The notes beneath the pieces were generated by a model. It did no database searches and was not told the DNA's origin. It saw only the letters and a program-made list of their open reading frames with translations. Below, in pieces: positions 11,457 to 26,652 of a stretch of DNA of 64,000 nucleotides (position 1 is the first letter of the stretch; every line of letters begins with the position of its first letter). Source of the DNA: Eledone cirrhosa. Lineage: Eukaryota. A program made the translations under genes and the position numbers. The stretch covers positions 175,584,001-175,648,000 of the forward strand of contig OZ024740.1 of NCBI GenBank assembly GCA_964016885.1. Direction: 5' to 3'.

Positions 11457-12453
11457 AACATATATATATATATATATAGCCATCTGTTTATCTATCAATC
11501 TATCAATCTATCTACCAGCCTACGTATCTATCTCTCTATAGATATGTACCTGTAAATCAATAGTAGCCTTTCTTTCCCTCTTCACAATTTCCCATCCTTC
11601 CGTTAGAACCTAACTGTTATCACAATACCTATAAATGTATCCGTGGTTCTTACTTCTTCTCTACACCTTTTCCTCTCGGCTCCCTTTAGTCATATTTTCC
11701 TAGTTCTCGCTTTTTCCCCCTTCCCCTTCATGTATTTCACTACTTCATCAGCTCCAGTTTTCTTCCTCTCATCCTTTTATCCGCTTTCCCTTCCTCTCTG
11801 TCTATCTGTCTCTCTCTCTCTCTCTCTGTGTCTCTTTTTCTCTCGCCCTCTATTCCCCCCCCCCGCCCCCCACCCCTCTCTCTCCTCGCCCCTTTTTCTC
11901 TCTTTCTTTGTCACTATCACTTCTCTTCACACAATTTATATTTCATCATTTTAATCAGGCCGTAGGTACCTTTTCCCACGCTATTTCTTTCTAATGGTTC
12001 AAATTCCTCTCTTGCATTACCGCCGCCATCATGTCTATCCTCTCCACTTGTTCCCACAGCACCCTTCTTAATGTTGTTATTTCTTATAGTGTTGTTGCTG
12101 TTTATAATTGTTGCAGTTCACTCTTCACATCCTTTGTACGCTTCATTACCCATTTCCCCCTCATATTTCTTCCCACTCATTCTATAGGTTTTATCTTAAC
12201 ATTGTCTCTATCATTCACTAACTCTTTTTTCTTATCTCTAACTTAACCACACCTCCTTTTCATCATCTCTTTTCTACCCACACACTCTTTCTCTCTCTCC
12301 CTCTCTAGCCCCTCTCTCTCTCTCTCCCTCTCTATCCCCTCTCTCTCTCTCTCACTCTCATTATATATATATATATATACATACATACATATCCATTCAT
12401 ACATACCTGTCTATCTATATATCTTCTCTCTTTCTCACTACCTGTCTATCTCC

Positions 12454-12509
<56 letters not shown>

Positions 12510-12699
12510 CCTTCTATCTATCTCTCAACATATATATCAACCAATGTAGGTAGATGAATAAATATATAGTGTACATATGTACCTCTCCGCCCTCTACTTT
12601 TCTTGCTCATTCACTCATCCTATTTGATGGAATGTCGGTCAATTTGCACCTCTTTACAGTGAAGACGTGCACGTATAATTATGTGTTTGTGCATGTACG

Positions 12700-12735
<36 letters not shown>

Positions 12736-12742
12736 TATACAT

Positions 12743-12839
<97 letters not shown>

Positions 12840-12937
12840 TACACACACACACATATATATATACCTATATACCTATATATATATATGCATATACATACAT
12901 ATATATATATCATATATTTTATATATATATATATATA

Positions 12938-13101
12938 ACAAACGAATTGTGGTAAGGAACTATATGGACGATAGCGCACCAGAGTACTCAATACTTAGGG
13001 TAGTAGAGTGGGAAATAGGAAAAAGTATGACCCCGACGGCAGAGCTCAAGCCATTTCGACGGCTATTTCTGGACTCAATTCATAAATAGCCGTCGAAACG
13101 G

Positions 13102-13103
<2 letters not shown>
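12938..13103 (-). mobile_element. Probable PLE 3'-tail fragment between (TA)n arrays, with half a hammerhead and a short fold-back
   Basis: Same family at 22432-22612, 38849-38996 and 39190-39333; family motif GAAA cggc ttgagctct gccg TC ggggt. Confidence 0.65.
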
Positions 13104-13164
<61 letters not shown>

Positions 13165-13173
13165 TATATATCA

Positions 13174-13213
<40 letters not shown>

Positions 13214-13221
<8 letters not shown>

Positions 13222-14110
13222 TGAAACAAAATGAAAACGAAATTTCATTTCTCACTCTTAGTATGGCACTTACTTAAATGTAAGTATGCATGTATACGTA
13301 CATACATATATGTATACAGACGTACAGTAGCATGCACATATATATATATATATACATATATACATACATATGCATACAGGTACACATACATATATGCACA
13401 TATCAGTTTAGCGGCGCTTATTATAACGTCGCTTTGTTCGTTTGTAAACAAACTGAACAGCCTGAATTTATGCCATACGGTGTTAAGGCAACCACGTCAC
13501 CTTTTTGTTCAACACTGACACAGGAACGATGTACTAGTTTCAAGCTTGTTAGCTATCATCAGCACCGTTTACCCATCTGCCAGATAGTTGAACGTTCGAA
13601 AGTATATACTTTCCTTATGAAAATTAACGGCTGAGCAGCCTAATTTGCATATTGAGTGAGTTAAATCGGTCAGGCATACCGAAAACGATAAATTGAAACA
13701 AAATGAAAACGAAATTTCATTTCTCACTCTTAGTATGGCACTTACTTAAATGTAAGTATGCATGTATACGTACATACATATATGTATACAGACGTACAGT
13801 AGCATGCACATATATATATATATATACATATATACATACATATGCATACAGGTACACATACATATATGCACATATCAGTTTAGCGGCGCTTATTATAACG
13901 TCGCTTTGTTCGTTTGTAAACAAACTGAACAGCCTGAATTTATGCCATACGGTGTTAAGGCAACCACGTCACCTTTTTGTGATATGTGCATATATGTATG
14001 TGTACCTGTATGCATATGTATGTATATATGTATATATATATATATATGTGCATGCTACTGTACGTCTGTATACATATATGTATGTACGTATACATGCATA
14101 CTTACATATA
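13214..14110 (-). mobile_element. Family A tandem on the minus strand, with an inverted tail piece at 13981-14110
   Basis: Reverse complement of the unit at 1-835, including the same head-to-tail junction; flanked by (TA)n. Confidence 0.8.
13525..13569 (-). ncRNA. Type I hammerhead ribozyme (family A)
   Basis: Reverse complement of 70-114. Confidence 0.8.
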
Positions 14111-14127
14111 TATAAATATATATATCA

Positions 14128-14172
<45 letters not shown>

Positions 14173-15275
14173 TATATATATATATAATTAAATCTTTAGA
14201 TAAGGGGAAAAGGAGATGGGGGGAGCGAAAAAGGGGGGAGAGTAAGTGATAGAAAAGGAGAGGAGGAGAGGGAGGGGATAAAGAGAGGGGGTAAGAGAGA
14301 GGAGGAAGGAGATGGGAGAAATAGAGAAGGGGGAAGAGTGAGAGGCCAAGACAAAGTGAGAGATGTTTCACCGAAAATATCTTCTCCTTCCTCTCCTACT
14401 TTGTTTCGTAACTCTTTATTTTCTACCTTTTCCGAGACGTCTTCCTGTGTAGGTGTGCGTGGGCTTTTTTCTAAGTTGATGTATGTGTTGGCGTATGTGT
14501 CTGTGTTTATCTCCTTGTCTTTGTGTCTATGTGTGGGTTTCAGTAGTTGATTGTTTCTATGTCGTTTCTGAATTACAACTTAACTGTCATAAGAGGTGTG
14601 AAGATTAGAAATTCTCATATCTCATCTCCTCCTCCAACTCTGCTATTTCCTCATAGGTGAATGGCCCATTGATGTAGCCCCTACCTGCTAGAAATGGCAG
14701 CCAAGTCACCCACAAATCACACATTATCTTCTCAGAAAAAAGACACGTTTCGGTGATGTGTTACGGAGTTCTCTTCACATAAAGTTGAAAAAATGGTTTG
14801 GTCACAGCTGGAACGCCTTTGATCATAAATTAGCTCCATCTGGGCTGACCGGAAGCTTAACATTAACAACAACTACGGCAACAACAACAACAACAGCAAC
14901 AGCAACAACAACAATATCAAGTAATCCTTCAAACATTTATCACTTTACACCTAAATACCTCCCAACCCTACCAGTGTCCAGGGTTTTAATATTTTCTAAT
15001 CAACCATTGTTACAGTCACTCCACTTACTATCTCCATGAAAACTCTTTCCATCTTTCCTGCTTAAAATTGCCTTAGCTTTCACATCTTCATTCCTTCTGT
15101 TGTTCAACTAAGTAAAGGAAAACAAAACAAAAAATATAAAGGGCTCTTCATACTTTATAGAGTGGTAGGAGTACCGTTCTAAAACACGTTGTATCATGGT
15201 CATTTTAAATTCGGCTGAGCACATATCTCTCAGGGTCGGAATATAGCCGATTTCATGTAGAGAAAAAAAAAGAAC

Positions 15276-15319
<44 letters not shown>

Positions 15320-16959
15320 GGGGGTGGTGGTGGTGGTGGGTGGTAGAATGTGATAAAGAGAGATAGAAGAACCAACCCCATCACTGATTTGGTACTATGT
15401 TTATCGACTTGGAAAGAATGAAAGACAACATTTCTCTCGGTGGGATTTGAACTCAGAACATAAACAAAATCAAATCGAGTAAAAAAACGTTACATGAAAA
15501 AAGTCAGAAAAAGTCACAGGAGAAAAGTTATTTTATTTAAATACCCTGAAAAACGCAATTTATTTAAAACAGTGGAAATACATGTATAAGAGGAAAAAAT
15601 AATGAAAACACTTCAATTGTTTTTATAACCATTTTATTTTTTTTCAGTGACTTTTTACCAATGATTCTATTTCCATTCGCCATAAATACAATATGCCCAA
15701 CAGCCAACATTCAACAGACGCAGTGGAATCGTTTTAGTGACTATGTCGTTAATGTTCTCCAAATCTTTTGACACTCCATAAAGTACATATATGGCGGCGG
15801 TTTGGTAGAATGAGAGCTTTGGATAGAATGCTTTTCTTTTCATTCTTTCTAGGTCGATAACTAAAGTACTAGTTCAGTAACAGGGTTGGGTCTTCTTCTC
15901 TCCCCCCACTCACATTGTATGGAAGAAAACGACTGGAGAGGGGAGGTTTTCAATTCTCGTATGTCCCGACAGAGCCCCCTCGATTCCACTAGGAGCTGAG
16001 AACCCAAGAAAAGGCAAGTAAGTGTATAAAATGCCACTATCATCGTTTTTACATTTACTTTTTAATGTTGCCATGGGTTGGATGGAACTTTTTGAGGCAG
16101 TGTTTTACGGCCAGCTGTCTTTCCTGATAGCAACGCTTTTAGTCGCCTCATACGACACTCATGAATATCTCAACACAAAACAATAGCGATATTTATTTAT
16201 GTATTTCTTCATTTCTAGGACTTAATTAGACCTGGAAGTGTAGTGATCATAACGTTTGCAGGGTCTTTGAGAATTTATAGAGTGTGGGGTGAGGGAGGAA
16301 AAACCAATGGTTTATGGGTTGCTGTAAGTAAGGAAGTAGCATATGGAATTTATAATAGGAATATACTATAGGTCAAACAAATACTCGCGTATTTTAACGG
16401 TCAGTGTATGTGTAGACAAATTAAGGTTCGACAGTCGTAGGGGCTGTCACTTTCTTTATAGAAATTTACAGTGAATTAACAAATGGGGACCAGATAGGCT
16501 ACTTTCCACTGACATTACCCCTTTGTTCAGCATCCGATTACCCCGCTTAACTAATCACTGTAAAATGTTTATTTAAATTACTATGAGTTTTATATTTCAC
16601 AACACTTTATTTAGAATAGACTCCGTCGGTTTTGATCAACAGAATAGACTGCACGTAAAATTAGCGTGCAAATGGTAAAGTATTTCACATGTAACCTTAA
16701 CATAATTCTCAAGGAGATTCCGTCTGATGCGTTTCCATACAATGCCCGTCTATTCAGTTTTACTCACAAGTCTTGGGTCGACCCGACGCTATAGTAAATG
16801 AAATACTCCAGGTGTCACATTGAACCCGGAACCTAATGATTGCGAAACCAATTTCTTGACTAGGCTCTGCAGTAATATATGTGTGCTTGACCCAAGCAGG
16901 TCCGACGATGAATATTTAACATTCTTTGACCAACAAAACAACCTGCTCGTGAAATTAAT

Positions 16960-17192
16960 GTGCGAGCGACTGAGCATTCGACACATTAGCGTAATACTTG
17001 GGAAGATTCAGCGATATACAATGTGTGACAAGGCCAACTCTTTGGATTACAGATACAACTTAATCTTGGCAGCTGAGTGGACTGGAGCAACGTGAAATAA
17101 AGTGTCGTTCTCAAGAAAACAACGCGCCATCAAGAATCGAAACCATGGCTTTCCGATCGTGTGTCGAACATCCCTAACCACTAAACCACGAT
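16960..17192 (-). mobile_element. Second SINE family, degenerate copy
   Basis: Shares ggagcaacgtgaaataaagtgtc...ctcaagaa.acaacgc with 48365-48690; tRNA-like head on the minus strand. Confidence 0.6.
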
Positions 17193-18113
17193 CCTTCACG
17201 TTAATCTACTTAGTGGAATATATAACAATATGTAAGGCGGCGAATTGGCAGAATCGTTAGAACGTCGGATAGAATGCTTTATGGTAATTGTTCCCGTCGA
17301 GATCATCTTCGCCTTTCACCCTTTCGAGGTCGATAAAAAAAGTATTAGTCTATTACTCGGGTCGATTCTTCCTCTATATATCTTTCTCATTTGCCCTCTC
17401 TCACTTTCTATCTTTCTCTGGAAGAAATCTGCTGTACTCGGGCCTGGAGATGGCTGGGTTCCACCAGGCTTAAAATTGCCCAAGAAACAGGAGTTACGGG
17501 CCCATACATACATAACAATATGTGTGCTATTGTTTCATTTTCAGCAGATGCTCTCAGATCAAATTTGTTGCTAAACAATAACATTTTTTCTGTTTATTCC
17601 ATTAGCTCCTGTATTCGATTCCACTTGGGCAAGTGACATTTACCATAGCTTCGAGACGAAACCAAGCCTTCAGAGGGAAATTGGGTAGACGGAACTGTTT
17701 AGAGACCCGTAGGATATACTTTATCTGTAAGTGAAAGGGTCAACATTGCCATACACTGTGTCACGCTGAATGTTCCTGAAAATTACGCTAAGAGTACACG
17801 TGTCTGTAGATTGCTTAACCACTTACACGTTAATTTCACGAGCAAGCTGTTCCATGAGCAGGCTGTTGCGTTGATCGAAGAACTGGATGACGTGTCATCG
17901 GGACCGGCGGAGGTCCAACACTATTTTGCTACAACACCTACTTATTTTTTTCTTTTCAACAAAAGAAACCCTGTCTCCCATTAAACGCCCCCCCCCCTCT
18001 CTCTCCTACCTCACACATCGTCCGACTCCTACAATATGCAAACCATTTCGTTGGCAACAGCTGCTATATGACATTATAGCAGGTGCGTATGTGCATGTTA
18101 ATGTGTATGTGTG

Positions 18114-18183
<70 letters not shown>

Positions 18184-18303
18184 ACATAGAGAGAAAGAGA
18201 GACAGTGAGAAAAAGGAAGAGAGAGCAAGAAAGAGTAAGAGAGTGAGAATGTATATGTGTGTGAGCGAAAAAGGGCGAAAGCGCGTGTGTTTGTAAACTT
18301 GGG

Positions 18304-18362
<59 letters not shown>

Positions 18363-18884
18363 CGAAGGGGGTTATGGAGTAGAGGTATGAGGATTGAGCT
18401 GACCTATGTCCAAAATGTTTTAGTCATAACCACCAGGTAGAGTGTGCCCCGGCTATATTATGATTATGGTTTGAGGGAAATTTGATTGCTACTTCTAGCA
18501 TGTCGAGCAACGACATAAAGGTTTACTTTGTGCGTACATGTGTACGATTTGGTGGCAGAAGTACGTGTTGACGGGTATTTGTATAAATGTGTGCATGTTT
18601 GATTGCTGTATATATAGATCGTTGTGTAGGTATGGGTATATGTTGGTCTTTGCGTGTTTGTGTAGATGTATCTCTGTGTTTGTGTGTGTGTGTGTGTGTG
18701 TACGAAACTGTGTATGTATGTGTATATTGCTGTACATATGTACTTATGTGTATGGTTTTCTGTGTATGTTCTCTGTGTATGTATGGTGGGTGTAGCCTTA
18801 GTGTGTTTATCTGTATGTATAAGGATCTGCTTTAGTCTGACTAGAAGTCTTTGTCTGTAACTGTGTGTCTATTTGCGCAGAGCC

Positions 18885-19009
<125 letters not shown>

Positions 19010-20615
19010 CTGTTTCTGTTTCTGTTTCTATATGTGTATAGATTTGTTGTCTGTGTATGTGTATTGTTATCGGCTATGTGTAGTTCTGAGTACGAGTGGG
19101 GTTCTATGTATATGTGTATGTGCGATTATATATTTGTGTAGATGTTTATATATGTGTGAGTCTGTGAGTGTGTTCATATCTTTCTAATTTGAGAGTAAAT
19201 TCACGGTTCAGTTTAGTCTTTTTTTGTCATGGAATTTTGTAAGTGTGTGGTCAGTATATCATTCATTTTACACGTTTTGATTGAATCTAAAATTCCGATT
19301 CAGAGGCTCAGCTTGTTAATATTTTAGTTCAGTTTTTTTTATCTACCTGGGTTATTTACCTTTGCGTAATTTATCTTCAACATGTACGAAGAAGATTAAA
19401 TCGAGAAAAAGTTTCATAGTATCCACTGTTTTTCTAGAGGTTTCTGAAGTGACATGATGGCAACATGTGGAATCCTCTTTCAATCACTGTAGACGAAGTG
19501 ACAGTAGGAGTCACCTGCTGCTTTTGTCCATTATTAGATGATTGTTGTTCGGATGAAGTCAGAAACAAAACAAACAATACACACGATCGCATAATGTGGA
19601 AAGATTTCATACAGTCGCACGAAATAATAGGTGTTGCATTAAAGTGATTGCTGCTGTAGACAGACATGTATTGATTCTTTCAAAACTTGTAATCATATGT
19701 TGTCTCTAGCGATATTATCGATAAATTTTAGTATAAATGTAGTTGGGTTTTTTCCAACTATCATAAAAAGCAATTTGTTTAACGTTAGTTTCGACAATTT
19801 GGAAACATTTCCCTTAAGCTGCATCTGTAAATTGTTTCTAAGGTGTATATATTATGCTGTAACCTATGCAGGATTGGTTTTATACAGATATATAAGTGCT
19901 AAAGGGTGAATATAATAGTGATGACGTGAGCGTTTTGTTTACAATTTCATCCCCGTCTCCTTATACGACACATTTTGAGTGATCGTGCGTCTCTAGGAAA
20001 TTGTCTGGCATTACAGGAATTGGAGTAACAATTGTTATCTGTGACAGATTTTTCCGAAAACAAAATATTCTTGTTGTGATAATTGTTGAGCTGTGACATG
20101 ATTTAAGTTTGGGTGTATTTTTTTTTCTTTTGACGTTGATTTTAACGGCTCTATATAACTGATAGAACTCTGCCTCCTCCTATGAGAGAATCAGCTGTGT
20201 TCAGACCTAGAGAGAGATGGGCTCAGATAGGGTTAACATACGCCTCTATGATTTCACTAAGCGATACTGATCTATACATATATACATACATAGCTGATAG
20301 AAAGATTTACACGGGCTGATATAAATATTTATATGGGCTAGCAGAGTAATACTGTACATGTATTGGTTAATTCTATTTGATGGAGTGTGGCCATCTGAGT
20401 AAATAGTTCTCTTATCTTTCCATATTATTATTGTTGCTGCTGTTGTTGTAGTCTCAACTCAATTATGATTAAGTAGCTCAAAGATCAAAGGCATTCCAGC
20501 TGTGAATATTCCGCCATTTTCTTTTTTTTTTTTGCATAGTACTATCTTATTTGACGTGTCTTTCAAATTTTTACGAGGTGCTGTTTGAGGAAGATTTGAG
20601 TATTCTGAGTGACTC

Positions 20616-21012
20616 ATAATTGCTTCTACTTTTGGCACAAGGCCAGCAATTGTTCAGTGCATTACTGGTACTTTATTTTATCGACCCCGTAAGGATGAAA
20701 GGCAAAGTTAACCTCGGCGGGATTTGAACTCAGAATGGCAAAGGTGGTAACTCTATGCGTCAAAGTATGGCGTCCGACTCTCTACCGATACTGCCAAAAT
20801 AATAAATTCTACTATAGTTACATGGGCAACAATATTTGGGGAGGGAAAAGTCGATTACATCGAATCCAGTACATTACTGGTACTTTATTTTATCAACCCC
20901 GTACGGATGAAAGGCAAAGTTAACCTCGGCGGGATTTGAACTCAGAATGGCAAGGGCCGTAACTCTTTGCTGCAAAGCATGGCATCCGACCCTCTACCGA
21001 TACTGCCAATCC
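20616..21012 (-). mobile_element. Two tandem tRNA-derived SINE copies
   Basis: Reverse complement of the 7623 SINE family at ~20616-20797 and ~20812-21012. Confidence 0.85.
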
Positions 21013-21714
21013 AGAATAGAGGTTGAAATATATCGATGCTACTTCTTGCCAATCAGCTGTGTGGATGTTTGTTTATTGTTTTAATATGATATCGACTTTA
21101 TGTCTGGTTAGCATCTCAACGTTATACTGCTACCACGTACGAACGAAAAAGTATTCCATGTGGGTCTCATTTGAAAGTCAGCAATTGTTTGGATGTAAAG
21201 CATTTTCAGGCTCTATATATGAAGGCTGGGACTAAGCGTTTACTACGTTGTGAACGTGAGATGATTATCAGCTTTTATAGTCGTGACATTTAGGATTTTA
21301 CTCGGGAGTTCTCCAAGACTAAATATTATGGTATACAAGATTATTAGGTCATGTTTTGTGTCACATGTGTGAGTTTGTGTGCTAATTAAAGAGGCAAATT
21401 GATATTTAAGATGGAACTAAATTAAAAAAAAAAAACACAATGAAACATTTCCATATAATACACTCAGGTAAACATAGACTTCAACTGAAGGATCTTGCGT
21501 CAAGGGGCCCATAAGTGTTAACTCATGATCCAACTGATGATCCAACGAAGGAAGTATGTGTGTGTGTGTCTGTGTGTGTCTGTGTGTGTCTGGGGGGTGG
21601 GTGAGAGAGGGGGAGATTGACAGAAAATTAGAAAGATCGAGAAAAGTGCCAACTAGATGCAAATAAGCATAGATAAAAAAAGCGAGAAGTTGCACACCCG
21701 CACGTGCGCACCGC

Positions 21715-21774
<60 letters not shown>

Positions 21775-22007
21775 ACCACCCGTGAGCCGTTGGGTCACGT
21801 TCACTTCAAAATATTTTTTAAAAATCTTGTTCACTTAAAAATCATTTTAAAATAATTAAAATATACAGACATGTATATAATGTGAAATGAAACTGGAGGG
21901 CCCATATATATACGTGTGAGTATGTATATATATAAATGCGTGTGTGTGTGTGTGTCTGTGATCTATATACACTGGTCATAGACACACACACACATACACA
22001 CACACAC

Positions 22008-22039
<32 letters not shown>

Positions 22040-22071
22040 TCACATATATAAATTTATACACAACAGCACCA

Positions 22072-22125
<54 letters not shown>

Positions 22126-22401
22126 CTACTTCTCTGTCTCCCTCCCTCTCTCTATGTCTCTCTTTCAATATACTCTCTCACAACCACTATCTCTTTCTCT
22201 CTACCCTTCTCTCTCTTTGTTTATGAAGGTACCCAGAAAACCCCATATATCGGGAACCCGTGCTTCGATTTACGTGAAACTTGTTTTATTCCATTTGTAT
22301 TCCCATTTCAGGGCAACTTCCTCTCAAAGTATTTTCCCATTATGCGCCCTTTTATCTGTATTACATTACAGACAGGCAAGCAAGCAATAACAGACTTTTA
22401 G

Positions 22402-22431
<30 letters not shown>

Positions 22432-22432
<1 letters not shown>

Positions 22433-22612
22433 ACGAAGGAACTGTGGTAAGGAACCAGATGGACTATAACGCACCAGAGTACTCAATACTTAGGGTAGTA
22501 GAGTGGGTAATAGGAAAATGTTTAACCTTAACCCCGACGGCAGAGCTCAAGCCCTTTCGACGGCTATTTCTGGACTCGGCTTGAGCTCTGCCGTCGGGGT
22601 TGAACATTTTCA
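22432..22612 (-). mobile_element. Probable PLE 3'-tail fragment (half-hammerhead family) with fold-back
   Basis: 22577-22611 is an inverted copy of ~22514-22552; (TA)n on the left. Confidence 0.65.
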
Positions 22613-22739
22613 TATATATTGGAAAGTGTGTGAGATCCTTGGTACAGTTAGATATATTTGAAAAGAAGGAAAAGAATGACTTCACTTGTAGTGTTAAATA
22701 ATTTGATTTAATTTTATAATATTATAATATTATGAGTTG

Positions 22740-23763
22740 GTAGATCTAGGTAACATTCAGTCATGACTTCGCCACCTACATTAATCACAACTGGAAACAC
22801 TACCTAGACGACTGTTTCATCTTCTGGAATAGAAGCCAAGAAGACCTGCAAAGATTCCATTCCATCATAAACAATGTTCACGAAGAAATAAAATTCAGCA
22901 TGGAATGTAATAAAAAGGAACTACCGTTTCTGGATATCCTTATCATTAAGGAAGGGGAAAATATCAAAACGGACTTATTTTACAAACCAACAGACACACA
23001 CCAATACTTGAATTTCCGTTCAGCACACCCATCACATACCAAAAGGAACATTCCTTTTAACATGGCAACACGCATCTGCACCATAGTAACACACCCCACA
23101 CTACAGGAAAAAAGATTATATGAATTAAAAGAGTTCCTTAAAAGACAAGAATATCCGGTGAATCTCATCAACACAGCCATCTCCAAAGCCCAGAACATCC
23201 CAGTGACAACATTGAGAAAAACAGAGCAACAAAATAGAATGGAAAAAATAGTTATCCCTTTTGTCATCACTCACAATCCAAGGAACTTCAACATTGTGAA
23301 AGCTGCCAAACAATATCTCCCGATTCTCCAGCAGTCCCCCAAAATGAATGCACTCATAAAAGACGCTCAAATTATATATAGTAGACGCCAAGCACGCAAC
23401 CTAAAGAAACTGCTTACCAAGGCAAAATTTACGTGTAATAATGAAGCAATGCAAGTTAAGAAATGCGGGGATTTTTGTAAAACCAAAAATTTGATTTACT
23501 GTGCAACCTGCCCACAATGTAAAGAATACTACATTTGTGAAACCGGAACGGGTCTACATGACAGAGTTCGAGTACATAAACAACAAATTAGAGACCCCTC
23601 TGTCAGAAACACCACATGCAGTGAACACTTCGCAACATGCGGAAAGGGAAATTTCACAATGTTCCCCTTCTTTAAAATATGGTCGGACAACGAACATTTC
23701 CGAAAATATAGAAATGAATTCTTTATTAGACAATACAAACCACTACTGAACACAAAAAAGTGA
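22740..23763 (+). pseudogene. 5'-truncated Penelope-like (Neptune-like) RT C-terminus + GIY-YIG endonuclease
   Basis: WKHYLDDCFIFW, LPFLDILI, FYKPTDTHQYL..SAHP, NLIYCATCPQCKEYYICETG...RVRVHK. Confidence 0.9.
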
Positions 23764-24149
23764 TATTCCATCTTCAAGTAACGGGATTCTCCCCCTCTCT
23801 TTTCTTTAAAAAAATCTCATATTGAAAAAGAAAAATAGTTGATGACACCCATACTTTCAAACATTCGATCGCTGAAGAGAAGAAAACCCCTCAGAGGTAC
23901 AATAACATTTCATTAATTCCCCCTTTCCCACACCAATATATATGCGAATTTAAACACTTGCGTAGATGTGTGTACATATATGTATATATAGATGTGCTTT
24001 TTATATATATGTCTGTAGGTATACAGATATGTGTGTACATGTTTATATGTACGTGTGCATATGTGTGTGTATATGTGTATGTATGCACGTGCGTATGTGT
24101 GATATATGTGTATATATATATATACACCATACGAACTGTTGCCTACGCA

Positions 24150-24436
24150 CATACGTCGTGTATAAGGTAGAATGTAACAAGTGCAACCACTACTATATAG
24201 GTAGCACAATCCGGTTGCTACACATCCGGATCATGGAGCACATCAACACCAGGGCCTCGTCTTTCCGGAAACACATAACCAAATGCGGAAACAAAGATGG
24301 AAGGCCCATTGTCACAGTTCTAGCGACGGAACGAAACGTCGGCACCTTACGAATCAAGGAAGCACTCTGGATCAAACGCCTAGGGCCACAAATAAATAAC
24401 CGATCCGAGAGAAGCGAAATGAGGTGGTTGGTTTAA
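24150..24436 (+). pseudogene. Penelope-like GIY-YIG endonuclease fragment
   Basis: YVVYKVECNKCNHYYIGSTIRLLHIRIMEH...LRIKEALWI...PQIN; related to 43580-44277; a degenerate HHR-like motif follows at ~24897-24932. Confidence 0.85.
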
Positions 24437-24981
24437 ATAAACAAACGAAGCAATAACACACGCACACACACATACACAAGCGAGACAACAACACACACAC
24501 ACACACACACAGTAGCATTCCACCATACGAATATACTACACTGCTAATACAGACAAACGAGGCAACAACACACGCACACACACACAAAAGTGAGACAACA
24601 ACACACGCACACACACACACAGTAGCATTCACCAAACAGGCAGGGAATACTACCACCACCACACACTATTCAACACTGCTAATACAGAAACCAGCACGGG
24701 CAGATAATACAATGGATTGACAGCTAACGCCACCCCACTCTCACAGAATTATTTCGGCCGCCAACCTCTGCTTGACCGACACCATTTCACGCGCACCCGG
24801 GCATGCTGAATACCTCAGATATTCAAAACAACGAACAGCGGAGGACACGTATTGAGGCTATCCGACAGATACCCCCCCCCCTCTACCAGGAACCCCCCCC
24901 CAGTTGATCGATGTGAATCCGAAATATAGGGACAATTAAATCTCACCTAAGGTAACTCTATCTCGTGTTATTATTTTTATT

Positions 24982-25163
24982 GGATTGGCAGTATCGGTAG
25001 AGGGTCGGATGCCATGCTTTCCAGCATAGTTACGTCCCTTTACGTTCTGAGTTCAAATCCCGCCGAGGTTGACTTTGCCTTTCATCCTTACGGGGTCGAT
25101 AAAATAAAGTACCAGTAATGCACTGGGTAATTGCTGGCCTTGTGCCTAAAGTAGAAACAATTA
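24982..25163 (+). mobile_element. tRNA-derived SINE
   Basis: Same A/B boxes and core as 7623. Confidence 0.85.
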
Positions 25164-25314
25164 TTTTTATTTTTGCTTTTTACGCTCTTTCCTACGTTCT
25201 TCATCACACTATACATCTCATTCTACATTCACTTACATCTCTCTCTTCACCACCGGATCTTGTTACCCGGAGAATTACCCATATGCATTGAGGCTTCCAA
25301 AACGGCCTAAAAAA

Positions 25315-25402
<88 letters not shown>

Positions 25403-25417
25403 ATATATGTGTATATA

Positions 25418-25490
<73 letters not shown>

Positions 25491-25737
25491 GTGTATATGT
25501 ATATATGTATATATATATATATGTGTGTGTGTATGTATGTGGTTGTGTGTGTGTATATATATATACACACATACACACATATACATGTGTATGCGTGTAT
25601 ATTTTTATGTATGTATGTACATGTCTGTGTGGGTGTATGCATGGGTCTGTATATATATATATATATATATATGTGGGTGTATATGTGTGCGTGTATGTGT
25701 ATATATATGCGTATGTATGTGTGTATATATGTGTATA

Positions 25738-25778
<41 letters not shown>

Positions 25779-26263
25779 ATAGATGTGTGTGGGGGTATGT
25801 GTGTGTTGATATGTGTGTGTATGTGTGTGTGTATATATGTAATATATATGGACTGCAAATATATTTACATATAGGGAAGTGAATATGTGAGCTACCATAC
25901 CCCCCCCCCCCACACACACACACACTTCCTCTCCCAAACCAACACATTTTTGACAAATGTTCTAAAACTATTCTTCCTTTCCCTTTTTACTGTCATCCCA
26001 TTCTTATCAAAAGACATGTATCTTACACCTCATTAAAACCCACCACCACCACCAGACACGCACCTAAATTCACCTTTGATATAGAAATTTGTAGAAGATA
26101 TTCCTTATAAATTTAAGAGAATTGATTCAGTTATAAGAAACGAATTTGAAAATCACCCAGCCATTATATACTCAGCTAATGAAATAAAACCAACAGGAGG
26201 GGATGTTTACAACCCCTTCTCAAACACCCTTATCTTGATGTCAACTTCACCAGTTTCTGAGAG

Positions 26264-26362
<99 letters not shown>

Positions 26363-26652
26363 TTTAATTTCTCCAAATCTTCATCAACACTCATTAACAC
26401 CACACCCCAGGCACATCCAAATCTCTCTTATATATAGTAACACATCTCAACCCAACCTGATTTCAGTTTTACAATCGCCACCGACGAATGCGAGAAAGTT
26501 CTCCAACAAAGTTAACCAGGAATCTTTAAAATTCTTCCCACCGAAGTTAAGAAAGAACTTACTAGATCTACCAACTCATAATATTATAATATTATAAAAT
26601 GAAATCAAATTATTTAACCCTACAAGTAAAGTCATTCTTTTCCTTCTTTCAG

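Noticed and set aside
16820-17095. 91-aa ORF
   Set aside because: Overlaps degenerate SINE sequence; no protein motif
19434-19909. Short ORFs in non-repetitive sequence
   Set aside because: No recognisable domain or consistent splice signals
23868-23905. CTGAAGA in the tail of the 22740 PLE
   Set aside because: Right position, but GAAA, stem III and stem I are not recoverable; too degenerate to call
25204-25956. Long ORFs rich in YI, HT, CV, ER or SL dipeptides (here and throughout)
   Set aside because: Translations of (TA)n, (CA)n and (AG)n microsatellites
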